Sequence record: MH719082.1
Direction: 5' to 3' (one strand)
From: Escherichia phage vB_EcoM_IME392
DNA length: 64,000 nt
Shown: positions 55,702-63,653 of the stretch, piece after piece
Layout: each line of letters begins with the position of its first letter
Numbering within the stretch: position 1 is the stretch's first letter
Position numbers and translations under genes: made by a program
The notes under the pieces: generated by a model
Told to the model about the DNA's origin: nothing
The model's input: only the letters and a program-made list of their open reading frames with translations
Database searches by the model: none

Positions 55702-55947
55702 TTAGAATGGGCTATGACGAGATTCCGTTACTTGCAGACCGGAGAGGATCTGACCGATAAAGTCATAGCTTACACCATCTTCTACAGATGTAATCTTAAC
55801 TTCATTGGTATTTTCGATCTTCTGGCCAGTTGCCAGTAATCCGTTAGGGAGGACGACGCCTACGAATTCACGAGTATCGACTGGCTTACGAAAGTGCTTC
55901 TTAGCTGGTTTCTTATGTCTCATGAACGGATTGTTATTATAAGGCAT
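55702..55947 (-). CDS. small basic protein
   Basis: ORF track; Lys/Arg-rich N-terminus. Confidence 0.4.
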   Translation of the reverse strand: MPYNNNPFMRHKKPAKKHFRKPVDTREFVGVVLPNGLLATGQKIENTNEVKITSVEDGVSYDFIGQILSGLQVTESRHSPF

Positions 55948-56254
55948 TGTCTGATTCCCCTTTTATAGTATGATCTTTGAAAACTCTTAAACTATACGGA
56001 TTCTCTATTTCTTCGAACTGTAGACCATCAAAGCCATGTATCATATTCACATAGTTCATACTATACATAGTAATTCTGATTTGCCAGATCGTCGAATTAG
56101 AGGACTTACGAAATACTCTACACGGCTCACTAACTACAGCACCCTTAATCTTCCCAAGTTCCCTGAGAATACCAGTTATGTCCTCGATCTCGCAGAACGA
56201 TTGAAAGATGCGGGATGGACATCGTCTTATGGGACTAACGTCTGAACCATACAT
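55937..56254 (-). CDS. doubtful ORF
   Basis: ORF track only; no convincing RBS at any candidate start. Confidence 0.25.
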   Translation of the reverse strand: MYGSDVSPIRRCPSRIFQSFCEIEDITGILRELGKIKGAVVSEPCRVFRKSSNSTIWQIRITMYSMNYVNMIHGFDGLQFEEIENPYSLRVFKDHTIKGESDNAL

Positions 56255-56310
56255 AATTTTACATAATAGGTAAGTTGGACACAGAAGGACGCAGTCACGC
56301 CTCCACCGTT

Positions 56311-56341
56311 TTAACAGCCTTTTAGGTCATTAAAACGGCGG
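56311..56341 (-). promoter_or_regulatory. 31-bp conserved intergenic motif (variant)
   Basis: TTAACAGCCTTTTAGGTCATTAAAACGGCGG; abuts stop of GT32-like gene. Confidence 0.45.
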
Positions 56342-56348
56342 AGTTCAA

Positions 56349-57140
56349 TCAGTACCGAGGATCAGTATCCTGATAGTCGCGAATTAGGTCATAGACGAGC
56401 ACATCCAGACGAGTAGCATCTTCACGTTTCATGCGGGTAGGTCTGTACATATGGATACATACACAATGCTTAGACCAGACCTTAGCAGTCTGACGCTCCG
56501 TAAGTTCTTTACGGTCGATAATGTACTTCTCGAATGCGTGATAAGAGATAGGCTTTGATACTTCGACATGCTGGCACATATCGAGGAACTGCGGGTAGTC
56601 GTCAGTTAAGAAGCGACTGAATACGTCCTGGTAATAAGAGTAGTTAGGGAATTTACCACCCTGCTCCAGAGATAACGCATGAGTCTCGATCTCCTTCAAC
56701 ATCAGAGCCATAAATTCCTGATTATTGCTGGGAGAGGTCCACATGTTTATCTCGCAGTAATCTAACCGAGGGGAATAAACACGTACCTGAGTCTCGTGAG
56801 GAGTATACGTTTCGTGAGGGCTTCTGATAAAGAGAGTATCAGCATCTACATAGGAGTAACCACGAAGATCCATCATTACCTGAATCTTGAGTCGCAGATA
56901 GTCACATACAGAGGCCATCTTAGCCTTAGTTTTCAGGATATTATACGCCTTCTCCATAATAGGATCTCTGGCGAATAAATCCTGGATCATAACGCAACGG
57001 CAACCTTCGATAATATTCTCTTCGTTATCGATCACCAGTACATGATCATTAGGTCCGTATTTCTGTAAGGACTTAATGCATTCCCGAACATGGATAGGCA
57101 TTTTGGGTCCTACCCAAAGCTGGAAATAATTCTGACTCAT
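56349..57140 (-). CDS. putative DXD-type glycosyltransferase (GT32-like)
   Basis: N-terminal YFQLWVG and CDYLRLKI...GYSYVDADT resembling the GT32 sugar-binding region. Confidence 0.4.
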   Translation of the reverse strand: MSQNYFQLWVGPKMPIHVRECIKSLQKYGPNDHVLVIDNEENIIEGCRCVMIQDLFARDPIMEKAYNILKTKAKMASVCDYLRLKIQVMMDLRGYSYVDADTLFIRSPHETYTPHETQVRVYSPRLDYCEINMWTSPSNNQEFMALMLKEIETHALSLEQGGKFPNYSYYQDVFSRFLTDDYPQFLDMCQHVEVSKPISYHAFEKYIIDRKELTERQTAKVWSKHCVCIHMYRPTRMKREDATRLDVLVYDLIRDYQDTDPRY

Positions 57141-57239
57141 AGTTACCTCTATGTTATTTATTTTAAACTGGATAGGGACTAATAAAGTAAATAGTAATTA
57201 AATACTTATTAATCTTCCTCTTATCTAATGCTAAGGGAA

Positions 57240-57770
57240 GCGTACTCGAGGAGTACAGAAGCTTAGCGAAGAGCGGAGTAACCATTTGATTTAAACAGTC
57301 ACCGTAGAGAGCGAAGGAGTCGCGCCCGCTTGAGGCGGCGCGACCTCCGCTTCACCAATCCTACCGGATGGACGCCTGCGACCACCCGAGCCTACCCCTG
57401 CCTCACTCACTAAAGCCACTTCGGGCTTTACCTCGTTCCGCTACGCGATACGCAGGCAGATAGCTACACTAAGTCCCCTGGAGATGGCTAGTAAGTATCC
57501 GTTACCAGACCATGTCCAACCTAACATTGACGAAGCCAGGGACTAGGCACTCCTCGCCAATAAGCTACATTAGGATTTATGTCCGTATTTCGAAGATAGG
57601 CCGATCGGGGAGACTATGCATTCATCTCTGCTCAACCAGGAAGCACCGATTAGGGTAAATACCCAAACTATCTTCTTAATGTCACTCCTCCCAGACCGCT
57701 TCGGGACTTAGCTTAAGTCTTATCCGAATAATCTGGCATCTACGACGGACCGTAGTGTATGGAGCGTACT
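57240..57770 (-). ncRNA. ORF-free structured region (candidate ncRNA or long structured leader)
   Basis: No ORF of 60 aa or more in any frame; multiple strong hairpins (e.g. GGAGUCGCGCCCGC-loop-GCGGCGCGACCUCC at 57313-57347); lies between a 31-bp motif copy and gene start at 57140. Confidence 0.35.
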
Positions 57771-57774
57771 GCAA

Positions 57775-57805
57775 TTTAACAGCCTTTTGACTCATCAAAA
57801 GAGCG
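57775..57805 (-). promoter_or_regulatory. 31-bp conserved intergenic motif
   Basis: Internal perfect hairpin CTTTTGA-ctca-TCAAAAG; precedes the ORF-free structured region. Confidence 0.5.
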
Positions 57806-57923
57806 TAATTAGGGCCCGATTATTTCACTTAGCTTCCATCCGTTCGGGCCAACACGGATCGTACATGACGTTACCGTCGTTTCAAGTCACTCGGATTATT
57901 AGTTCCCGGTGCTCATATAAAGA

Positions 57924-58002
57924 TGGTGCCACGTAGGGAATCGAACCCTATATCAGGTAAACGTCTAGCCGTAGACTGCTGAGTGCCCTCAGCTACCCTA
58001 TC
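57924..58002 (-). ncRNA. tRNA-like element (canonical T-arm and CACCA 3' end, no canonical anticodon arm)
   Basis: UAGGG-UUCGAUU-CCCUA T-arm followed by ACGUGGCACCA; upstream perfect hairpin GCUGAG-GGCA-CUCAGC; acceptor pairing not found. Confidence 0.3.
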
Positions 58003-58104
58003 ACTTAACCGAACCATCGGCAAATCTTTCACAGATACTTACACGTGATTTTCTCTGATCGGATCTGGTGATTCCTCGGAGTCGAACCGAGGAGTGGCAT
58101 AATA

Positions 58105-58180
58105 TGGTGGTCCATACTGGTTTCGAACCAGTGACCAAGCGATTATGAGTCGCCTGCTCTCACCACTGAGCTAATGGACC
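58105..58180 (-). tRNA. tRNA-Met (anticodon CAU; could be initiator, elongator or lysidine-Ile)
   Basis: Manual cloverleaf: acceptor GGUCCAU/AUGGACC, D-arm GCUC/GAGC, anticodon stem GGCGA/UCGCU with loop CUCAUAA, T-arm ACUGG-UUCGAAA-CCAGU, encoded ACCA. Confidence 0.8.
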
Positions 58181-58649
58181 GAACTAGATTGAGCGATAGG
58201 CTATGGAGTACCTTACCATCGGGCGTCTTTCGCTAAATAGCCCATCATGGGCTACCGCAGGGGCATGACACCTATCGCTCAAATTGGTCGGGATCGTGGC
58301 CCACGTCGGAGGATTTGCCAAACTCCCCATTATCATAGCCTAAGCTATCCAGACGGCCGTAACTACCCTGCTCCGGTACATGCGATAATGGGGACGTATC
58401 CAAAGATGTGGAGATCCCGTTAAAATATCTTAAGCTTCTCGCTATGTGTGTCCTACACTCTACCCTTGCGGGGTACCGGAGGATGAATCCGAACTTCCTG
58501 CGACCACACACGGAGGCCCTTGCAGACGTGCTTTATTGCGCTCATCCTGGCATAGCGAGAACTTAAGATATCTATTGATGCGCACCAGATAAGTATTTCC
58601 CAAGCCATGAACTTAATCTGGGATCTTGACCTATCCAGTGCGACTTATG
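58181..58649 (-). ncRNA. structured inter-tRNA region with long-range helices
   Basis: 12-bp inverted repeat TTGAGCGATAGG / CCTATCGCTCAA (58190-58201 and 58271-58282); 17-bp interrupted repeat 58431-58448 / 58551-58567. Confidence 0.3.
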
Positions 58650-58725
58650 TGGTACTCCCTACTGGATTCGAACCAGTGACCGTCGGTTTAGAAGACCGAT
58701 GCTCTATCCTCTGAGCTAAGGGAGC
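58650..58725 (-). tRNA. tRNA-Arg (anticodon UCU)
   Basis: Manual cloverleaf: acceptor GCUCCCU/AGGGAGU, D-arm GCUC-AGAGGAUA-GAGC, anticodon stem UCGGU/ACCGA with loop CUUCUAA, T-arm ACUGG-UUCGAAU-CCAGU, encoded CCA. Confidence 0.8.
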
Positions 58726-59302
58726 TTAACTTTAGGATGACCTCTTAGCTTACCATCGCGAAAGCTACATGGAGTGTAGTTAACGTGAACTAAGAGGTCA
58801 TCATAAAATCAGTTACTGACGAATTATACTTTCCCAACCATCCACATATACTGCGTTGGCTATGTAAAGAATGCAGAACAAGCCAACGATTAAAGGATTA
58901 ATCATTGTACTTCTCCATTTAATTAAGTTACCTGCTTACTGTTACAGGGACGCCGTTCGTCGCGCCAGATTACCAATTGGCGTATTAAGCCAATCTCGCC
59001 AACCGCGTAACGCCATTGGCTGGTATCACATAGGCTTGTAGCCCTCAGTCAACCTATCCTGAGGATGAAGATCAGATACTCTCTAACGGCGGGATTGATA
59101 GTCCCAGAGTACGATCTCTTTGCCATTCTCGTATGACCTAGGAGACGACTGCCCTGGTTAAGGAGACCAGACAGCTGATATGGTTTAGTTTATTTTTAAT
59201 TTGAGTCCCACTCATACCTTACAGACTCAAGCACTGCAGACCACCATGAAGCCGACTCGTACGCTAACAGTCGACACCACGGATCCATGAAACTCCAACA
59301 AT

Positions 59303-59332
59303 TTAACAGCCTTTCGACTCATCAAAAGAGTG
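59303..59332 (-). promoter_or_regulatory. 31-bp conserved intergenic motif
   Basis: Consensus match at upstream edge of tRNA region. Confidence 0.5.
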
Positions 59333-59485
59333 TTAAATTGTCCGCTCCCTATCACCGAGCACTGTGATGATGGGAAAATAGGGAGCGAAGCGATTCCTAA
59401 GTTTTATCTCTTCTCTAAGTGATTAACCGTTACATACGATGTACCTTCTCGAAAGAATTAAGCCGGTATTGGCACTTCAGACACT

Positions 59486-59516
59486 TTAACAGCCTTTCGA
59501 CCGTACAAAAGAGCGG
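59486..59516 (-). promoter_or_regulatory. 31-bp conserved intergenic motif
   Basis: Exact 31-mer identical to copy at 61173-61203. Confidence 0.5.
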
Positions 59517-59521
59517 CGTAA

Positions 59522-60064
59522 TTAGACGCTCGCCTCAGGCACTTTAACAGCCTTTGGACGTGTAAAAAGAGCGGGATTATACCATTCTGGGGTACGATAG
59601 AAAGAGATCTTACGACCCTCTTTCTTCCAGAAGTAGAATTTATCGTTGAGGTAGTTACGGTACTTCTCGTAGACTGTCTCACCAGGAGCACCTGATACAC
59701 ATGCATACGGAGTCATATCGGTCTCTGGACCTACTACCAGATTTTTAGGTAGTGCCACAAGACGGGATAAAATTTCTTCGGTTGCATGGAGCCGTCCGGT
59801 ACGTTCAAAGAATAGCATGCATAAATAGCTTGCCAAGTCACGAACGAAGTTGTAGTTACCTGACGATTCACGAACCCACTTAGCACACGGATGATTAACA
59901 TGCGTCTGCTTATAAATACCCTCGATAGCGTTTTCGCCATCCAGAACATGATGAGCAGTAGATAATAACTGAGCACACTCAATAATCATTTTATTCTGGT
60001 GCATAGGCATACAGTGGTCCATAGCACATTCTAACGCATCTTCGTGAGTACGGAAAATATTCAC
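59522..60064 (-). CDS. hypothetical protein (C-terminal 23 codons coincide with a copy of the 31-bp motif)
   Basis: ORF track; GTG start with AGGAG RBS. Confidence 0.45.
   Translation of the reverse strand: MNIFRTHEDALECAMDHCMPMHQNKMIIECAQLLSTAHHVLDGENAIEGIYKQTHVNHPCAKWVRESSGNYNFVRDLASYLCMLFFERTGRLHATEEILSRLVALPKNLVVGPETDMTPYACVSGAPGETVYEKYRNYLNDKFYFWKKEGRKISFYRTPEWYNPALFTRPKAVKVPEASV
59544..59574 (-). promoter_or_regulatory. 31-bp conserved motif copy inside annotated CDS 3' end
   Basis: Tandem with copy at 59486; encodes last 23 codons of ORF 59522-60064. Confidence 0.4.
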
Positions 60065-60148
60065 AATAATTACTCCTAACGTGGTTGCTTACTTTAAGTC
60101 TCTCGTGAAAGATTTAGAGTAAGCATCGGAGGAATTACCTCCGACACT

Positions 60149-60179
60149 TTAACAGCCTTTCGACGGCACAAAAGAGCGG
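60149..60179 (-). promoter_or_regulatory. 31-bp conserved intergenic motif
   Basis: About 85 nt upstream of start at 60064. Confidence 0.5.
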
Positions 60180-60181
60180 TT

Positions 60182-60343
60182 TTAAATTTTACATGCATCT
60201 CCGCAGTCGTCGTCACCAGGCTGGCTGATAACTTCGTCTACGTTAACCATGCGATCTTCTACACGACGAGATGCCTCGTCTAATTCTTCCTGAGATGGGA
60301 GATTGGAGAAATCCAATTCTTCACCAGATTTATTGCCTGACAT
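60182..60343 (-). CDS. small acidic protein (53 aa)
   Basis: Internal ATG at 60343 with GGAG RBS. Confidence 0.35.
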   Translation of the reverse strand: MSGNKSGEELDFSNLPSQEELDEASRRVEDRMVNVDEVISQPGDDDCGDACKI

Positions 60344-60812
60344 AATCACTCCACACGTTAATAACTTCTTTACCACAGGATTTAGCATAGGCTACACAGT
60401 TACCTGTGCCACCCGAACTACCATCCCATAGGGCTAATCCCATCTGACTACGGTTAACCATGTATCGGTTACGCACCATCATCTTGAAGGAATCATACCC
60501 AGGCTCGGACACTATAATTGTGCGACGACTTTTTCTGCATAGCTCAGTCCATTTTTCTGTATCTGCAGATCGCCACATTTTGGGTTGGTCAATCATAGGG
60601 ATTGTTGCAAAGTATGGTATTCCGAGATTGGCACATGCCTGAGCACATGCCATATCCCATCCTAACGCCATACCTATAAACCAGCAGTCCACGCTATTCT
60701 TAGCTGTAAGCTCCTGGATGTGATGTTCGGCAAACTGGGTAAGATGATCATGGCTAAAGTTATCCCATCCACCCAGCTTATCTGGCCTATGACCAGTCAC
60801 GAACATAAACAT
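60330..60812 (-). CDS. YpsA/DUF1273-like (SLOG superfamily) nucleotide-binding protein
   Basis: FVTGHRP N-terminal block and IGMALGWDMACAQAC resemble YpsA LAITGYKP ... ISGQLGVELWAAEAA. Confidence 0.45.
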   Translation of the reverse strand: MFMFVTGHRPDKLGGWDNFSHDHLTQFAEHHIQELTAKNSVDCWFIGMALGWDMACAQACANLGIPYFATIPMIDQPKMWRSADTEKWTELCRKSRRTIIVSEPGYDSFKMMVRNRYMVNRSQMGLALWDGSSGGTGNCVAYAKSCGKEVINVWSDYVRQ

Positions 60813-61153
60813 TACTTCTTGCCCATCTTAGCCTGCATAGCACGGACGGTATCCATGGCGCTGGCCAATTTGGCTGAAGTATCCTGCGGACCATCTTCTT
60901 CTAGCTGTTTCTTAAGGGACTCCATACGATCAGTAGTACCCTTAGTATCCATCTCGATTAATTCGTTGATGGTCGAACCACCCACGTTAGGTAACTTACC
61001 CAGCTGAGTAAGATCCTTAACTTCTGGGATTTTAACATGAAGTTGAATAGACTGGGATGCTCTCGCGAACGACCCAGCACGACGATTGTCTCCTACCTTA
61101 TTGTACAGGGAAGATAGGTTACCCAGGAACGTAATGATATCAGCAGTTTTCAT
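60812..61153 (-). CDS. small helix-hairpin-helix-like protein
   Basis: ATG at 61153 with GGAGG RBS; LPNVGGSTINELIE resembles an HhH motif; ORF-track start at 61195 lies inside the 31-bp motif. Confidence 0.35.
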   Translation of the reverse strand: MKTADIITFLGNLSSLYNKVGDNRRAGSFARASQSIQLHVKIPEVKDLTQLGKLPNVGGSTINELIEMDTKGTTDRMESLKKQLEEDGPQDTSAKLASAMDTVRAMQAKMGKK

Positions 61154-61172
61154 ATTTGATTCCTCCAACAAG

Positions 61173-61203
61173 TTAACAGCCTTTCGACCGTACAAAAGAG
61201 CGG
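61173..61203 (-). promoter_or_regulatory. 31-bp conserved intergenic motif (outermost copy at strand-switch region)
   Basis: 20 nt upstream of start at 61153; identical to copy at 59486. Confidence 0.5.
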
Positions 61204-61349
61204 TTTTTACTCAAAAAGACTCTTAAAATTATGTTTTCGAGCTTTACAGGACGCCCCTGCGGTCTAAAGATAGGCCTCAAAAGGGTGTTTTTGTGAAGGT
61301 TGTCCGAGGCCCGTCCGTGACGTCTTCAATTATAAACAGGAGAAATACA

Positions 61350-61823
61350 ATGGGCGAGTTAGCTAAGCAAAACTTAAGTACTATTCAAAAGGGTCTTTCC
61401 TTAGTTAATTCGGAGGGCTCTGAATCCGTAAACGTTAAAGCCCTACAAGGTAAAGAAATAGGCTTACAGATTCTTCAGTTAGGTCTGGCAGAATCCGAGG
61501 CTAACCGAGTAGCAAAGCTTAACGGGATTATAGAGATCCTGGAAAAGAAAATATTCGATCCTGAGCGATTAGATAGACTTACCGAGAAGGAGCAGATCGA
61601 GAGATATCAGCTGGCCTTAGCTAGCGCATCTCAATCGGCAGCATTCGTTAAATCGACCATCGGCTCGATTAACTGGACAGCTATCGAAGTTTCTCTCTTA
61701 AGTCTGGCATCCGCCATTGAGACAGCCAACGAAGGTCAGTCTCCTAAGGATCGTAAAGACATGTCTACTATTGCCAATAACTTGATTAAGCAGTTGGCAG
61801 AAGGCATTGGTCCTAAGGGGTAA
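61350..61823 (+). CDS. hypothetical protein (possible small terminase subunit by position)
   Basis: ATG at 61350 with AGGAG RBS; immediately upstream of terminase-like ATPase. Confidence 0.45.
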   Translation: MGELAKQNLSTIQKGLSLVNSEGSESVNVKALQGKEIGLQILQLGLAESEANRVAKLNGIIEILEKKIFDPERLDRLTEKEQIERYQLALASASQSAAFVKSTIGSINWTAIEVSLLSLASAIETANEGQSPKDRKDMSTIANNLIKQLAEGIGPKG

Positions 61824-61826
61824 GCC

Positions 61827-63653
61827 ATGGCTGATGCATTAGATGAGTTTATTGAAGCATGTGGCTCTAGACTCGAAGCTATGCATCAGTTAGCATTGAT
61901 GAGTGGCTACGAGGAGCGGGTTCCAACGATCCAAGAGTTCGTAATGGATCCATACTACCTGGGTAAGTCCTTGGTAGATGCTGATGGTGTCTGCTCGGTC
62001 TATCCTATTTGGATGGATGCTCTGGCTAAGATTTATCCTACTCCGTACACTTCACCAGCCGTAGAGATTTATCTCACTGGTGGTATCGGTCTTGGTAAGT
62101 CTACTGCTGCTAAGATTATCACTCTCTATGACTTGTGCAAATTGCTATGTCTTAGAGATCCTCGTGCACATTTTAAACTTCTGCCATCCACAGTAATTCG
62201 CTGGATGCTGATGAACGCCACTAAAGGTCTGTCCTACGATGTACTCTATGCAGAGATCATCGAGTGGATAGAGAATAGCCCATTCTTCAAAGGTAAGATG
62301 ACTGGTGGTAAGAATCCTCGTACTCTGTTCATTAAGAACGTAGACTTAGGATTCGGTTCTCGTGGTCAAGATGCTCTGGGTCAGGCTACCGTAGGTGCCA
62401 TCTTCTCAGAGATAAACGACATGACCGTAGTTCACGGTCAAGCAGAAGATAACTTTGATACCATCTATACTCGTATGAACTCTCGTTTCGGGGGTAAAGG
62501 GGTAGAGATGATTGGCCACTTGATTCTGGACTCTTCGAATAAGGGAAACCGTTCCTTTATCGATGTTCGTCTAGAGGATAAGGCCAAGAAAGGAATTCAC
62601 GACTATCTGTTATTCAGATACGCTCACTGGGAAGCTAAATGGCACCTCGGCGGGTATTCTGGGGAAATGTTCTACGTCTATGCTGGTGACCAGTATCGAG
62701 ATCCGTTTATCTTCGATGAGAATACTCTCAAGATTAAAGACGGTCTGGAGCCATCTCGTATTATCTCTGTACCTGTTGAACATAGACAGGAATTCGAGAC
62801 TAACATTGTTAAGTCTCTTAGGGATCTTGCAGGTGTGTCCACATTCGGTACATGGTCGTTCATCTCGTCCTACGAGGTGCTTAACCGAGCTGCTGATCAC
62901 ATTAACCCTACTGAATCTAACGTGGTGGTTCTGGACTTCTTCGATAAGGAGCAGACTCTTCACCAGACTATAGATATTCCTAGACTTGCCTTCCTTAATA
63001 AGAAGGATAGGTTCATCCATATTGACTTGGGTCTTAAGAACGACTCAACTGGTATAGCCTGTTCCTATCTCGATGGTTATGTTGACCAAGAGACTTACGA
63101 TCCTCTAACCAGTACGCGCATGGTTACTCGTGAACCTAAGATCGTTACTGAGTGGGCGTTAGAAATTACCTGCCAGCCTGGTCAGGAAGTTCCTATCTAC
63201 AAGATTAAGAACTTCTTAATAGAAGCATCTCAGCAGGGTTACCCAATTAAAATGGTAACCACCGATGGATACCAATCCACTAACTTACGTCAGGATTTAA
63301 CTCTGGCTGGGTTCGAGACTGCTCTGCTATCTGTTGACCGGACTAAAGATCCATATAACTACTTAAGGAACTCGATTCTCGAAGGTCGCAGCACTATTCC
63401 AGCTGTACCTAAGTTGATCAAAGAACTTAAGGAGCTAGAGGAAGGCGAAGGTAAATTCGACCATCCACCAGATGGCTCTAAGGATATCGCGGATGCCGTA
63501 TGTGGATCCCAATGGTCTGTTAAGGAGAATATCCATAAGATCGGGTCTACTGCTACGGTTGAAGATCTTCAAGTTGCACTCCACGAACTTAATAAGTCTA
63601 GGGATGCGAAGGAGATGTTTCGGAACATTATTAAGCAACGAGTGGGTGGCTAA
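61827..63653 (+). CDS. putative terminase large subunit
   Basis: 608 aa; Walker A GGIGLGKST near N-terminus; first gene pair after strand switch. Confidence 0.5.
   Translation: MADALDEFIEACGSRLEAMHQLALMSGYEERVPTIQEFVMDPYYLGKSLVDADGVCSVYPIWMDALAKIYPTPYTSPAVEIYLTGGIGLGKSTAAKIITLYDLCKLLCLRDPRAHFKLLPSTVIRWMLMNATKGLSYDVLYAEIIEWIENSPFFKGKMTGGKNPRTLFIKNVDLGFGSRGQDALGQATVGAIFSEINDMTVVHGQAEDNFDTIYTRMNSRFGGKGVEMIGHLILDSSNKGNRSFIDVRLEDKAKKGIHDYLLFRYAHWEAKWHLGGYSGEMFYVYAGDQYRDPFIFDENTLKIKDGLEPSRIISVPVEHRQEFETNIVKSLRDLAGVSTFGTWSFISSYEVLNRAADHINPTESNVVVLDFFDKEQTLHQTIDIPRLAFLNKKDRFIHIDLGLKNDSTGIACSYLDGYVDQETYDPLTSTRMVTREPKIVTEWALEITCQPGQEVPIYKIKNFLIEASQQGYPIKMVTTDGYQSTNLRQDLTLAGFETALLSVDRTKDPYNYLRNSILEGRSTIPAVPKLIKELKELEEGEGKFDHPPDGSKDIADAVCGSQWSVKENIHKIGSTATVEDLQVALHELNKSRDAKEMFRNIIKQRVGG

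Noticed and set aside
57240-57770. tmRNA or RNase P RNA in the structured ORF-free stretch
   Set aside because: No tag-peptide reading frame ending in a stop with flanking tRNA-like domain, and no GGAAAGUCCGG-type P4 sequence found by eye; needs covariance-model search before any claim.
58071-58092. Third full tRNA using the CCUCGG-UUCGACU-CCGAGG T-arm-like hairpin
   Set aside because: A full tRNA here would overlap tRNA-Met by about 35 nt and no D or anticodon arm can be formed; kept only as a tRNA-like fragment.
58272-58511. 79-aa minus-strand ORF inside the tRNA/structured-RNA locus
   Set aside because: No RBS, overlaps long-range RNA helices, arbitrary composition; more likely non-coding.
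2084-61203. CRISPR array interpretation of the 31-bp repeats
   Set aside because: Copies are kilobases apart and interleaved with genes rather than regularly spaced with short unique spacers; no cas genes.
2084-61203. Host sigma70 promoter interpretation of the 31-bp motif
   Set aside because: No TTGACA-like and TATAAT-like hexamers at 16-18 bp spacing within or around the conserved blocks.
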